Below are positions 9,338 through 18,704 of a DNA stretch of 28,808 bases, piece by piece. The translations under genes and the position numbers were made by a program. This stretch comes from a virus (taxonomy: Duplodnaviria; Caudoviricetes), in IMG/VR virus record IMGVR_UViG_3300020042_004808, positions 1 to 28,808 of that record. The stretch is one strand, 5' to 3'. Under the pieces are notes generated by a model. It ran no database searches. It saw only the letters and a program-made list of their open reading frames with translations, and was not told the DNA's origin. How positions within the stretch are numbered: the first letter of the stretch is position 1; each line of letters starts with the position of its first letter.

Positions 9338-11559
9338 TGGGAGTTAGGTATCAAACGACAGTATATAACGAAAAACGCAGAAAGATTACTGTATCTATTA
9401 AAGATAGTAATTACACTGGCTCTGTTGGTACATTTGATACTTTGTCTTTAGGCATCCAATATGATAGTGAAAGCCAGCAAGGTGCGGAAAGATTTACACC
9501 TATTATTGGATCGCGTTGTTCATTGTCTTTACTTATTAATAATAGTAACCTTCAAACATTATTACTTGATATTGGTTTGGCAGTTGAGGGAAGGTTTACT
9601 ATGCATCTTACAGCCTATGAGGATGATAATACAACAGTATCATTTTATTGGTATGGTTATATAGTTACAGATTTAGTTGAGTTTGAAGACATACCTTTAG
9701 TTATAGGATACCAGGCTCAAATATCTGCCATTGATGGTTTAGGATGGCTAAAGACATTAGACTATAAAAGTGCAGTAGGGCCTTACAATGGACAGGACAC
9801 AGTTGTACAACACATTTTAAATTGCCTTAATCAATTAGATTTTGTACAAAGTGAACTGGTTGCAAATAGCTTACCTGTGCTGCATACGGTATTTAATTGG
9901 AATGAGAATACAACTGCTTATAGTGCTGGTAAAGATTACGCCTTATTGACAGTTATACAGCATAGGGCATTTTACCATAAAGACACAAAGAATAATTATA
10001 TTTATCAAAGTTGCTATGATGTCCTAAAAAAGATATGTCAAACATTTGGAGCAAGATTAATATTTTCTGGCAATCAATATTGGTTTATACAAGTCAATGA
10101 ATATGCAAGGAATCCTTCAGCTCACAGATATTTTAAATACAGTGCTTTAGGAGTACAGGCATCTGGTACATTTACTTTTGATTTTACAATGTCTAATATA
10201 CAGACTAATTTACCAGGAAGTGATTTAATGAGATTAAGTGGAGGTAAATGGACATATTATCCTGCACTAAAAAATGTAGTTGTTAGATACAATCACTTTG
10301 CTAAACAAAACTTATTAGCCGGTGTAGAATATAACTATGCTACTAATGCCACACCAATAACAACTATCACTCCGACATTAGACGCTACAAATGCAGATGC
10401 AAGATTATCATACACAGGAATACTTGGCTTTTATGCCCAGGCTTTAAATCCTGTAAACTTTGAGCCTTTTCAATTTGTATTTGCTGTAAAGGTAGCATCT
10501 ATTATTAATAGCTTTCCATTGCAAGGTTTTGCCGATGCTAACTGGACATTGGGCAGCGGTTGGTTTATTAATAACGGAATACTTGAAGGTACAATAATAG
10601 CAACGGTAGCATACTACACTACTTTTACAGTTACATCTGGTAGAAAGTATTATGTTAAAATAAAAGTTGATATTGAAAATAGTGGTACCCTTAGATTACG
10701 TTTAGGTGGCGTTACAAAAACAATAACAGAAAGTGGTGATTATGACTATGTAATTTTATCAACTAACACCAATACATTACAATTAGATAGTTTATCATCT
10801 CCAGGTTTTACTGGCAAAATAAAATCATTACAAGTAAAGCAGGAAAATAAGTATTTAAAAAGAAATGTAACATACACTAATGGTTTTAATTTTATTTTAG
10901 AATCTGCAAGTTGGGAAAATACATTTTATGAATATGAGTTTAATACTGAAACAATAACAGCAGATGCTGCTTTTGTTGCTTATAAAACTATCACATTTGA
11001 TACATTAGATATTCCAGAGAGTGCGGAGTATATATGGGAGATGCGATTAAAATCTATGCGCAATGAGGCAGGAACAAATGTATCTGGTAATTTTAGTATA
11101 TCATATTTATTAAGCAGTAATTATCTTGAATTTCTTCCTACTGGTGCAGTCTCTGGACAAAGTGACATCCTTGAATATGGCTCTGACAATGACGATAAAT
11201 CATCTACTATATTTAGCCTTGATACATACCTTGGTGATGGGCCAAGTAAAACAACAGATGGAGGATTAAAAGTATTAGAATCTGGCACCTATGAAAATAG
11301 CAGCTCATGGGATGTTAGCAGCGGATCAGGCTTTAACAATGTCACACAATTATTAGTAAATGAAGTTATACGCGGACAACTTACACCAAAGCTACGCATG
11401 GTAGATATGCCATTCCAAAATCTTACAGTTGACAATCCATACCTTCCTCACAAGGTCATAGAATATTCTTCTGGATATTACGTTTTTGAAAGAGGTAGTT
11501 TTGATTTAAAAACAGAGATTTGGCAAGGTGATTACTTTAAAATAGAACTCGATGCCTAA
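9337..11559 (+). CDS. Tail tip/baseplate hub protein with inserted carbohydrate-binding-like module
   Basis: Follows tape measure; YWYGYIVTD, AIDGLGWLK, SCYDVLKKICQTFGARL typical of this position; beta-sandwich-like insert at ~10505-10845. Confidence 0.7.
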   Translation: MGVRYQTTVYNEKRRKITVSIKDSNYTGSVGTFDTLSLGIQYDSESQQGAERFTPIIGSRCSLSLLINNSNLQTLLLDIGLAVEGRFTMHLTAYEDDNTTVSFYWYGYIVTDLVEFEDIPLVIGYQAQISAIDGLGWLKTLDYKSAVGPYNGQDTVVQHILNCLNQLDFVQSELVANSLPVLHTVFNWNENTTAYSAGKDYALLTVIQHRAFYHKDTKNNYIYQSCYDVLKKICQTFGARLIFSGNQYWFIQVNEYARNPSAHRYFKYSALGVQASGTFTFDFTMSNIQTNLPGSDLMRLSGGKWTYYPALKNVVVRYNHFAKQNLLAGVEYNYATNATPITTITPTLDATNADARLSYTGILGFYAQALNPVNFEPFQFVFAVKVASIINSFPLQGFADANWTLGSGWFINNGILEGTIIATVAYYTTFTVTSGRKYYVKIKVDIENSGTLRLRLGGVTKTITESGDYDYVILSTNTNTLQLDSLSSPGFTGKIKSLQVKQENKYLKRNVTYTNGFNFILESASWENTFYEYEFNTETITADAAFVAYKTITFDTLDIPESAEYIWEMRLKSMRNEAGTNVSGNFSISYLLSSNYLEFLPTGAVSGQSDILEYGSDNDDKSSTIFSLDTYLGDGPSKTTDGGLKVLESGTYENSSSWDVSSGSGFNNVTQLLVNEVIRGQLTPKLRMVDMPFQNLTVDNPYLPHKVIEYSSGYYVFERGSFDLKTEIWQGDYFKIELDA

Positions 11560-11923
11560 TTACACCGAAAGAACAGTTTTATCGAAACCTCGAGATTTTG
11601 CCGAAGTTGCTAATAATGCAGGCAGTGGCGGAGTGGTAAATAACAATGTCACAGAAACTATAAACAATGTGACTGTTACCGGATCAGCAGTTAATATTTT
11701 TAACCAAGAATTTCTTAATACCTCCTCAGCGGTTTTAATTTGGACACAGAATGCAGGTGTGCTACCAAAAACCAACCTTTCTGCATCTGTCCATGTCTAT
11801 CAGAATGGTCAAAAATTAATAGCAAGTCAATATGTTATAACGGCACCTGCTACTATTACTATTGATACTAACACGCATTATGATGGAAGTAACTACATTG
11901 TATTTGCAATAAATATAAACTAA
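11552..11923 (+). CDS. Small tail-associated protein
   Basis: 123 aa, beta-rich, VHVYQNGQKL motif; overlaps both neighbours. Confidence 0.6.
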   Translation: MPNYTERTVLSKPRDFAEVANNAGSGGVVNNNVTETINNVTVTGSAVNIFNQEFLNTSSAVLIWTQNAGVLPKTNLSASVHVYQNGQKLIASQYVITAPATITIDTNTHYDGSNYIVFAININ

Positions 11924-14481
11924 TGGAAGAAATAAAAGCACCAAAGAAAGAAAGAAAGTTTTTAAAAGGACTTGGCGAGATTGCCCTTGTCCTTATCCGT
12001 GAGCTTGTGCTTGGCATTGGCAAAAAGGTAATTAACAAAGTAGGCAATAAACGAGAAAAACTTGTTATTGCCATTATCATCCTTGCCTCCTCCGTTGCTT
12101 TTGCCCAGTACCCAGCAACAGGAAATAAACAACGACTTGGTTACCAGAGTACTGGCGATGGTCTTGTTTTTAGAGGAAGGTCAAACGATACAACGGCTTT
12201 AAAACCTTCTACTATAAATAATGCCTACCATCTATTTGACACAGTTAACAATGTCTTATTTAGTTATATTAAGACTAAAGGAGGATGGAAGTTTAATAAT
12301 AGCGATACAGTTATTATAAACGGAGTTACTATGCCTTTTGATTCTATTACCTTTAACACAGCCAAGGATGGCACAGTTGGAGTAGGTGAGTTAGAGTACA
12401 ATGATACGCAAGGGAGTTTAATACAAGGATTTAAAGGTGGCTTAGTTACAAATGTTATAGGGCAGCAATTACATCAACGCGTTAACAATCGCACTGGTGC
12501 AACATTGGCAAAAGGTGATGTAGTTTATTTATCTGGTAGCCAAGGGAACAGAATAACAGTCGCAAAAGCGATTGCAACAAGTGATCCAACATCTGCAAAT
12601 ACTTTTGGCATTGTTGCAGAAAGCATAGCCGACAATCAAAGCGGTTATGTTATTACAGAAGGATTATTAACAAATATAAATACATCTGCTTTAATCGTAG
12701 ATTCAGCCGTTTATTTATCTGGCACAACAGCAGGCGCATTAACATCTATTAAACCACAAGCACCTATTAATGGTGTTTATATTGGAGTATGTGTAAAGAG
12801 TAATGCAGGAAGTGGTGAGGTATTTGTAAAGATTAGAAATGGTCAAGAATTAGACGAGCTTCACGATGTGCTAATTACTAATCCAACAAGTAATGCATCA
12901 CTTTTTTACAAAAGTAGCGAAGGACTTTGGCGCGACACAACGGCGGCACTATTAGTAAGCGACACGGCAAGTATGCTTACAAATTATTTGCGTACAGGGG
13001 TTGCGGCTGGGACTTATTTACCATTAGCAGGTGGAACATTGACTGGTGCAATTAAAAGACAAGATAATAATTATGATGGAAGTCCAAATACATTTTATTT
13101 TAATTTATTAAATTATTTTGCAAGAAAAGATAATAATCAAAATCAAGGTCAAACCGCTCAAATTTCTTTTACAGATAGACCAGGTACTGATAATTTCCCT
13201 AATCAGGTGCGAACATCTGATATTCATTTAATGACCGCTCATAATTGGAATGGTTCTGCTTATGGACAATATCTTGACACTACTTTATCTGTTGTTGCAA
13301 ATCAAGATGGAGGACGTATTGGTATAAATAAATTAAACCCATCTTATAAACTTGATGTAAATGGTACTCTCGGTGTAACAGGCGCAGCCACTTTATCTAA
13401 CCTTGCAGGCTCTGGCACTCGCATGGTTACGGCAAGTTCTACGGGATTATTAAGCACTCAAACCATTCTAACACCAACAACAAGGGGTTCAAATACATTT
13501 ACTTTACCTGACATTGGAACTATATCATTTCTGCGTTACAATGCAGATAACACTGTAAGTCAAAGGGGAGCGGATGGAATGCGCAGTGATTTGGGAGGTA
13601 CAACTATTGGACAATCAATTTTTACTTTAACCAATCCTTCTGCTGTAACATTTCCAAGATTTAACGTTGATAACACGGTTACAGCTTTAGATGCTGCAAG
13701 TTTTAGAACGGCGATTGGTGTAGGAACTGGTACAGGCACGGTGACATCTGTAAGTGCAGGAAGTCCTGCAAATGGTTTAAGTGTAGCAACAGGGACAACT
13801 ACACCAGTTATATCAATGGCATTAGCTGGCAGTGGAACAATAGGAGTAGTTAGTGCAACTACTCAAACATTTGGCGGTGATAAAACATTTAATGGTGTTT
13901 TAAATGCAAGTAGTGATTTAAATGTAACAGGGTTAAGCACATTAACAGGTGGAGCAACTATTGGCACAATGTCAACACAATCAGCATTAACTAATATACT
14001 TGGAGTAAATTCAAGCAATACAATAGGTGAAATAGGTTTAAATAGTGTATTTTCCTTATCAAGCGGTGTTTTAAATATTCAAGATGCAGGTGCATCTCAA
14101 AGAGGTATAGTCACTGCCACTACACAATCATTTGGTGGTAATAAAACATTTACTGACATTGTTGGCTTTAGCAAAGCGATTCAAAGACCTATAGCAACTA
14201 TAACTGGAAATACAACTATTCAAACATCTAATTGCTGGGTAATTGTAAATAATACAGGAGGTACAACAACTTTAACGCTACCTGATGCTACTCTTGCAAC
14301 AGGTACTGAATTAATGATAAAAACGGCTCAAGCACAAGCGGTAATAAGTGCCTCATCAAACGTAGTACCTTTAACTTTTGCAAATACTGCATCTACAAAT
14401 ATTTTACCTGCAACAGATGGAGCGTGGTGTACGTTGGTAAGTAATGGTACTTTTTGGGTAACAATGCAAGCAAATTTTTAA
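11923..14481 (+). CDS. Tail-fibre-like/adhesin protein with N-terminal signal-peptide-like segment
   Basis: 852 aa, Gly/Thr-rich; modules KGDVVYLSG..GIVAE..VYLS, YLPLAGGTLTG, RIGINKLNPSYKLDVNG, QTFGGDKTF x2; residues 43-62 KREKLVIAIIILASSVAFA|Q. Confidence 0.75.
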   Translation: MEEIKAPKKERKFLKGLGEIALVLIRELVLGIGKKVINKVGNKREKLVIAIIILASSVAFAQYPATGNKQRLGYQSTGDGLVFRGRSNDTTALKPSTINNAYHLFDTVNNVLFSYIKTKGGWKFNNSDTVIINGVTMPFDSITFNTAKDGTVGVGELEYNDTQGSLIQGFKGGLVTNVIGQQLHQRVNNRTGATLAKGDVVYLSGSQGNRITVAKAIATSDPTSANTFGIVAESIADNQSGYVITEGLLTNINTSALIVDSAVYLSGTTAGALTSIKPQAPINGVYIGVCVKSNAGSGEVFVKIRNGQELDELHDVLITNPTSNASLFYKSSEGLWRDTTAALLVSDTASMLTNYLRTGVAAGTYLPLAGGTLTGAIKRQDNNYDGSPNTFYFNLLNYFARKDNNQNQGQTAQISFTDRPGTDNFPNQVRTSDIHLMTAHNWNGSAYGQYLDTTLSVVANQDGGRIGINKLNPSYKLDVNGTLGVTGAATLSNLAGSGTRMVTASSTGLLSTQTILTPTTRGSNTFTLPDIGTISFLRYNADNTVSQRGADGMRSDLGGTTIGQSIFTLTNPSAVTFPRFNVDNTVTALDAASFRTAIGVGTGTGTVTSVSAGSPANGLSVATGTTTPVISMALAGSGTIGVVSATTQTFGGDKTFNGVLNASSDLNVTGLSTLTGGATIGTMSTQSALTNILGVNSSNTIGEIGLNSVFSLSSGVLNIQDAGASQRGIVTATTQSFGGNKTFTDIVGFSKAIQRPIATITGNTTIQTSNCWVIVNNTGGTTTLTLPDATLATGTELMIKTAQAQAVISASSNVVPLTFANTASTNILPATDGAWCTLVSNGTFWVTMQANF

Positions 14482-14482
14482 T

Positions 14483-14887
14483 ATGAAGTCAATAATTTTA
14501 AAACTATTACATCAAGGCTGGGAATTTATATCCTTTAGTATCTGCTGCGGCTTTGTTGCCTCGTTCTTCATTCCCATTAAAGGCTTTTTATTATTTACTG
14601 TTGCCGTTGTTTTTGCGGACACAATAACCGGAATAAAAGCAGCAAAGAAAGAGAATCAGCGTATAAGTAGTAAAGGTTTATATCGAACAACAGAAAAAAT
14701 TGTAGTTTATTTTGTAGCCATACTAATTTTTGAAGGTGCAAAAAATACCTTTTTAATTCCTTTCCCTATTACCTACATGGTAGCGATGATGATTTCTGCA
14801 ACAGAATTATTTAGCGTGGCAGAAAACATCAAGCGCATAACTGGCGTTGAATTAGGAACTTTAATCACACGCTTTTTTAAAAAGTAA
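14483..14887 (+). CDS. Holin (toxin-secretion/phage lysis holin family)
   Basis: Hydrophobic helices; DTITGIKAAK, ISSKGL, ELFSVAENIKRITG. Confidence 0.85.
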   Translation: MKSIILKLLHQGWEFISFSICCGFVASFFIPIKGFLLFTVAVVFADTITGIKAAKKENQRISSKGLYRTTEKIVVYFVAILIFEGAKNTFLIPFPITYMVAMMISATELFSVAENIKRITGVELGTLITRFFKK

Positions 14888-14904
14888 CCATTAAATTAAT
14901 ATAT

Positions 14905-15258
14905 ATGTCAAACGAAGTTTTAGGAGTAAAAGAAACAAAAGAAGTTTTAAACTTTGGTTTCGATTTATTAGAGGCAATTATCAAATCTTTGGAGGACAAA
15001 AAGTTTTCTATTGTTACTGATTCACCTCGTTTTGTACCTGTTATTTTTTCAGCTGCAAAAGCATTTGCTGGCATTGAAATGGTTAAACAGGAGTTGACTG
15101 ACCTTACCGAAGAAGAGCAGGATGAACTTGTTAAAGAGTTAAAGCAAAGATTTGACCTAAAGAATGATGCAGTTGAACTACTTGTTGAAGATGTTTTGGA
15201 TCATGTTTTCTTAACGATTAAACTTGCTAAAAGATTTCAATCTATTAAGCAAAAGTAA
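14905..15258 (+). CDS. Hypothetical helical protein in lysis module
   Basis: 117 aa acidic/amphipathic ORF between holin and phosphoesterase. Confidence 0.65.
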   Translation: MSNEVLGVKETKEVLNFGFDLLEAIIKSLEDKKFSIVTDSPRFVPVIFSAAKAFAGIEMVKQELTDLTEEEQDELVKELKQRFDLKNDAVELLVEDVLDHVFLTIKLAKRFQSIKQK

Positions 15259-15293
15259 AATATAGGCGCAGAGAATTCGCTACCTTAGTGCCG

Positions 15294-15327
15294 GGGGCGG
15301 TGTATTAATTTACATTGCCCCTTATTT
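15294..15327 (+). terminator. Intrinsic terminator
   Basis: GGGGCGGTGTA-TTAATT-TACATTGCCCC stem followed by TTATTT. Confidence 0.7.
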
Positions 15328-15341
15328 ATAAAAAAAAAACG

Positions 15342-16172
15342 ATGTTAAAGAAAATATTTCCCAATACGCATGAATTTTTAGATTTTCAAGTGTACCAAAA
15401 AGATAGGTATTTTTTATTTATATCGGATGTGCATTTAGATAGTGTTCATTGTGATAGAATTAAATTAAAGCAACACCTTGATTTGGCTTTGGAAAGAAAT
15501 GCTCCAGTATTTATTTTTGGTGATTTGTTAGATTTAATGCAAGGCAAGTATGACCCTCGTTCAAATAAAGCTGATCTTAATCCAAAATACAATACTGCAA
15601 GATACATAGATGAAGTCATTAAAGATGTGGTGGAATTTTTAACACCATACAAATCAATCTTAGCATTCTATTCTCCTGGCAACCATGAAACAAGCGTTGA
15701 AAAAAGAATAGAATATGGAATAGTTGATAAGATTTGCGATAAATTAGAAATGTCTCAAGGTAATTACTCAGGCTATATTTATTGTAGATTTTTTGCTTAT
15801 TTGGAAGAAGGCACAAAAGTACCCTTGATAATTGGATTTCACCACGGTTATGGTCAGGGAGGAGTAGTAACGCGCGATAGTATTAGTACGAATAGAAAAG
15901 CCGTATATCAACCAGATTGTAACATCTTAATATCTGGTCATACACACGACAGATGGGTAATACCAATTTCAAGAAATCGTATTTCAAGATACGGTGAAAG
16001 CGTAGACCAACAATGGCATATTAAAACTGGTACTTACCAAAACGCACCAATAGATTTTAACGGTTATGCTATTGAAAAAGGTTTAGCACCTAAATCTGGT
16101 GCAGGTATATGGATGAAATATACTATTGGTTCTGACCTTAAATTAAATTACAATTTTCAATTTGCAGAATGA
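15342..16172 (+). CDS. Calcineurin-like metallophosphoesterase
   Basis: SDVHLD, GDLLD, GNHE, HHG and SGHTH motifs. ATG at 15342 is preferred over TTG 15315, which lies inside the terminator. Confidence 0.88.
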   Translation: MLKKIFPNTHEFLDFQVYQKDRYFLFISDVHLDSVHCDRIKLKQHLDLALERNAPVFIFGDLLDLMQGKYDPRSNKADLNPKYNTARYIDEVIKDVVEFLTPYKSILAFYSPGNHETSVEKRIEYGIVDKICDKLEMSQGNYSGYIYCRFFAYLEEGTKVPLIIGFHHGYGQGGVVTRDSISTNRKAVYQPDCNILISGHTHDRWVIPISRNRISRYGESVDQQWHIKTGTYQNAPIDFNGYAIEKGLAPKSGAGIWMKYTIGSDLKLNYNFQFAE

Positions 16173-16828
16173 AACCAAATGAATTTTTAATATGCCTTGA
16201 TGCCGGGCATGGTGGCATGAGAAACGGAACTGGCCCAGAGAAATACGTAACCTATCCTTCTAAGTGCTGCCAACATCGCACAGGCAGGTTTCATTCCTAT
16301 GGATGGTTTTTTGAGGGAGTGTTTAATCGCTCATTAGCTAATTATTTGGAGCAGTATCTTATTGATTATGGATTCCAAGCAAAAAAGATATATGAGCCTA
16401 TCAATGACACAACATTAAATAAACGCTGCCAACTTGCTAACTCCTACGCATCTGTAGCTAAACACTCTATCCTTGTTTCCATACATGGCAATGCTGCATC
16501 ACCTACTGCCAGAGGTTGGGAAATATTTACATCGCCAGGACAAACTAAGTCTGATCTTCTTGCGACGTGCATCGGGGAGCAAATAAAAACTGCTACACCA
16601 GGCTGGGTGCATAGAGCTGATTATACGGACAATGACTTAGACAAAGAGGCAAGGTTTCAAATGCTTACCGGTGTAGCCATGCCTGCTGTGTTGTCGGAGA
16701 ATGGATTCTTTACTAATTATTCTGATGCTGGATTAATGATAGATGTTAATTGGCAGCAAAGTATTGCTAAAGCGCACGCAAAGGGCATCTTAGACTACGC
16801 AGTGCAGCAAGGTGTAGTGTGGGAATAA
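16169..16828 (+). CDS. Endolysin, N-acetylmuramoyl-L-alanine amidase (Amidase_3)
   Basis: LDAGHGG, E..FNR, L..R...AN, VSIHGNA, GWEIF, PAVLSENGFFTN. Confidence 0.93.
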   Translation: MKPNEFLICLDAGHGGMRNGTGPEKYVTYPSKCCQHRTGRFHSYGWFFEGVFNRSLANYLEQYLIDYGFQAKKIYEPINDTTLNKRCQLANSYASVAKHSILVSIHGNAASPTARGWEIFTSPGQTKSDLLATCIGEQIKTATPGWVHRADYTDNDLDKEARFQMLTGVAMPAVLSENGFFTNYSDAGLMIDVNWQQSIAKAHAKGILDYAVQQGVVWE

Positions 16829-16859
16829 AAAAGGCGCAAGTATCTCTCTTGCGCCTCTT
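16827..16859. terminator. Terminator at the convergence of late (+) and early (-) arms, probably bidirectional
   Basis: A6 then AGGCGCAAG(16832-40)/CTTGCGCCT(16848-56); strong U-tract on minus strand. Confidence 0.75.
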
Positions 16860-16883
16860 AGACACCTTAAACATCAACAAACA

Positions 16884-17177
16884 CTATTTAACAACTATAT
16901 CCTGCAATAACTTATTTAATAATCTAACGGCAGACTCTTTCACATCCTCTTTCTCGTTGTTTATTTTAACTACCTGCCAAAGCAAAGATACCATTCTTTC
17001 TGGATTCATATACTCATAAAATTGTTTGTTTCTTTCATCTTTAGAATTGTAAAAACTTACAAGAGTTGATGCGGAGGATACAACATTATTAGTCCTTATT
17101 CCTTTTGGATACTTTGCTATCATAGCATCACAAAGTGCTATTTGCTTTTTATCCAGTCCATACGTTTTAGCAGCCAT
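16884..17177 (-). CDS. Hypothetical protein
   Basis: 97 aa ORF, last gene of the minus-strand operon. Confidence 0.65.
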   Translation of the reverse strand: MAAKTYGLDKKQIALCDAMIAKYPKGIRTNNVVSSASTLVSFYNSKDERNKQFYEYMNPERMVSLLWQVVKINNEKEDVKESAVRLLNKLLQDIVVK

Positions 17178-17343
17178 GTGTACCTATTTTTAAAAGTGAA
17201 AGTTTAGTTTTCTCTTGTTTCATTCGATGTTCAATAATGCCCATGAACCATTTATCTTGCCTATTTTTATCTTTTAGCGATTCAGCTATATAAATCTTTT
17301 CAAGATTATTAAGACGTTTTCTAATTACTTTTTCCTGTATCAT
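17167..17343 (-). CDS. Small hypothetical protein (58 aa, absent from ORF track)
   Basis: Translated by hand: MIQEKVIRKRLNNLEKIY...KIGTHGC*. It fills the gap, overlaps the upstream gene by ATGA and overlaps the downstream start. Confidence 0.65.
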   Translation of the reverse strand: MIQEKVIRKRLNNLEKIYIAESLKDKNRQDKWFMGIIEHRMKQEKTKLSLLKIGTHGC

Positions 17344-17798
17344 TTGAAATATGCTTTTGATATTAACGCTAATTGAAAAGCATCAATTTCATCTTGTGAT
17401 AATTTTTTATTTCCTGTTACTTCGAGCTTCATTCCTTTAATTACAGACATTGCATAATCCAACGTCCATTTGCTACCTTTATCCTGTGGTGATATTCCTT
17501 TTACAGTATGTCCGTATAATTCTAACCAATCAATAGTAAATCTACTCGCACCTTGATTCATGCCGACATTGCGGCTAATCTTTGTTCTTGCCCTTCCATC
17601 AACATATTTTCTAAAAGTAATATTTTGTAGGCTTGAATCTTCTACTACTACTTTTATATCTGTTGCCCATGTCAATGCGTCCTTTGCCCAGTCAGCAAGT
17701 TTTTTGTACTTTCCAAAATAAACTTTTTGTTCATCAATAATACAAACGGCAAAGCCATTTAATCGCATAGATGGGTCAATGCCGACGAATTTTGGCAT
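17340..17798 (-). CDS. RuvC-like Holliday junction resolvase (RNase H fold)
   Basis: VGIDPS..GFAV, VVVEDS, C-terminal QDEIDA acidic motif. Confidence 0.72.
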   Translation of the reverse strand: MPKFVGIDPSMRLNGFAVCIIDEQKVYFGKYKKLADWAKDALTWATDIKVVVEDSSLQNITFRKYVDGRARTKISRNVGMNQGASRFTIDWLELYGHTVKGISPQDKGSKWTLDYAMSVIKGMKLEVTGNKKLSQDEIDAFQLALISKAYFK

Positions 17799-18675
17799 AA
17801 TTTATTTTTTTATTTAGAAAGTTACGTTTAAAATATTTGCTTACAAATTTGAGCAATCCAATATAGTCATAGTATTTATTTTTATACTTCCATACACCTG
17901 CCAATGGAAAGTATTCAAAGTTTTGTGTGCCGTAGGTCATGAACATGGTATTATCATAAGTAGTCCTTGAATATCCATCCCACAAATTAATGCCAGATAG
18001 TAAATCATAAGTAATAGTATCAACTGTATAGGATTCATTAGCCTCACTGTAATACCTTCTTTCTAATAAGCCCTTATCTATCTTTTCAAGGCTCATAGTA
18101 TTATAGGCAAAGAAATGATTATTCTGTGCTGGTAAATAGGCAACTGTTAGCATAAAACAAACGGCCATAGTAAACTTAATCGGCTGCGTGCTGCTAATGT
18201 TTGTCTTAGTTACCTCCCTTACTACTCTCCTCCTTGTCCTTGGCTCTTTTACACCTATGCCGTATGCCTCTATGCCTTTTTCAATAAACTGTATTTCTAA
18301 AACATAGCCAAAGCAAATAATAGCACCAATGAAGAAAAACATAGCCCAAAACTCTGCGCCAGTTGTTTGCCCTTGTATGCTAAACCACAATTCTAACAAA
18401 GCTATTACTGTAGCAGCAGCAGCAACTCGCGGAGGATATTTACTGCGCTTGTCGGATGGGTTTAGGAAATCAATAAAAACAACGGCAAATCTGCCAAACT
18501 GGAGCATGAGTGAGGCAGGGATAGAAAGGAGCAGGGGAAGGGGAAGGAAATAAACGTTAAGAGCTGCGGTAATAAGGTAAGTTAAAATTATACCTGTAAA
18601 AATAATCTTTGGCATTGAGGATGTAATGTCCTGGAATAACCATTCAAAGTTCTGATTGTTAAAATTCTTTTTCAT
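17776..18675 (-). CDS. Multi-pass membrane protein with C-terminal possibly exported domain
   Basis: About four hydrophobic segments in the first ~130 aa, a basic linker, then KFTMAVCFMLTVAYLPA|Q and a hydrophilic domain. Confidence 0.7.
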   Translation of the reverse strand: MKKNFNNQNFEWLFQDITSSMPKIIFTGIILTYLITAALNVYFLPLPLLLSIPASLMLQFGRFAVVFIDFLNPSDKRSKYPPRVAAAATVIALLELWFSIQGQTTGAEFWAMFFFIGAIICFGYVLEIQFIEKGIEAYGIGVKEPRTRRRVVREVTKTNISSTQPIKFTMAVCFMLTVAYLPAQNNHFFAYNTMSLEKIDKGLLERRYYSEANESYTVDTITYDLLSGINLWDGYSRTTYDNTMFMTYGTQNFEYFPLAGVWKYKNKYYDYIGLLKFVSKYFKRNFLNKKINYAKIRRH

Positions 18676-18704
18676 GTTTGTGATGTTTTAATAATTAATG
18701 ATAG

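Noticed and set aside
11923-14481. Possible DGR target or invertible fibre cassette
   Set aside because: No reverse transcriptase, template/variable repeat pair, invertase or inverted crossover sites seen in this window
15315-15341. TTG start for the phosphoesterase
   Set aside because: Lies within the terminator stem; ATG 15342 follows a typical A-rich leader
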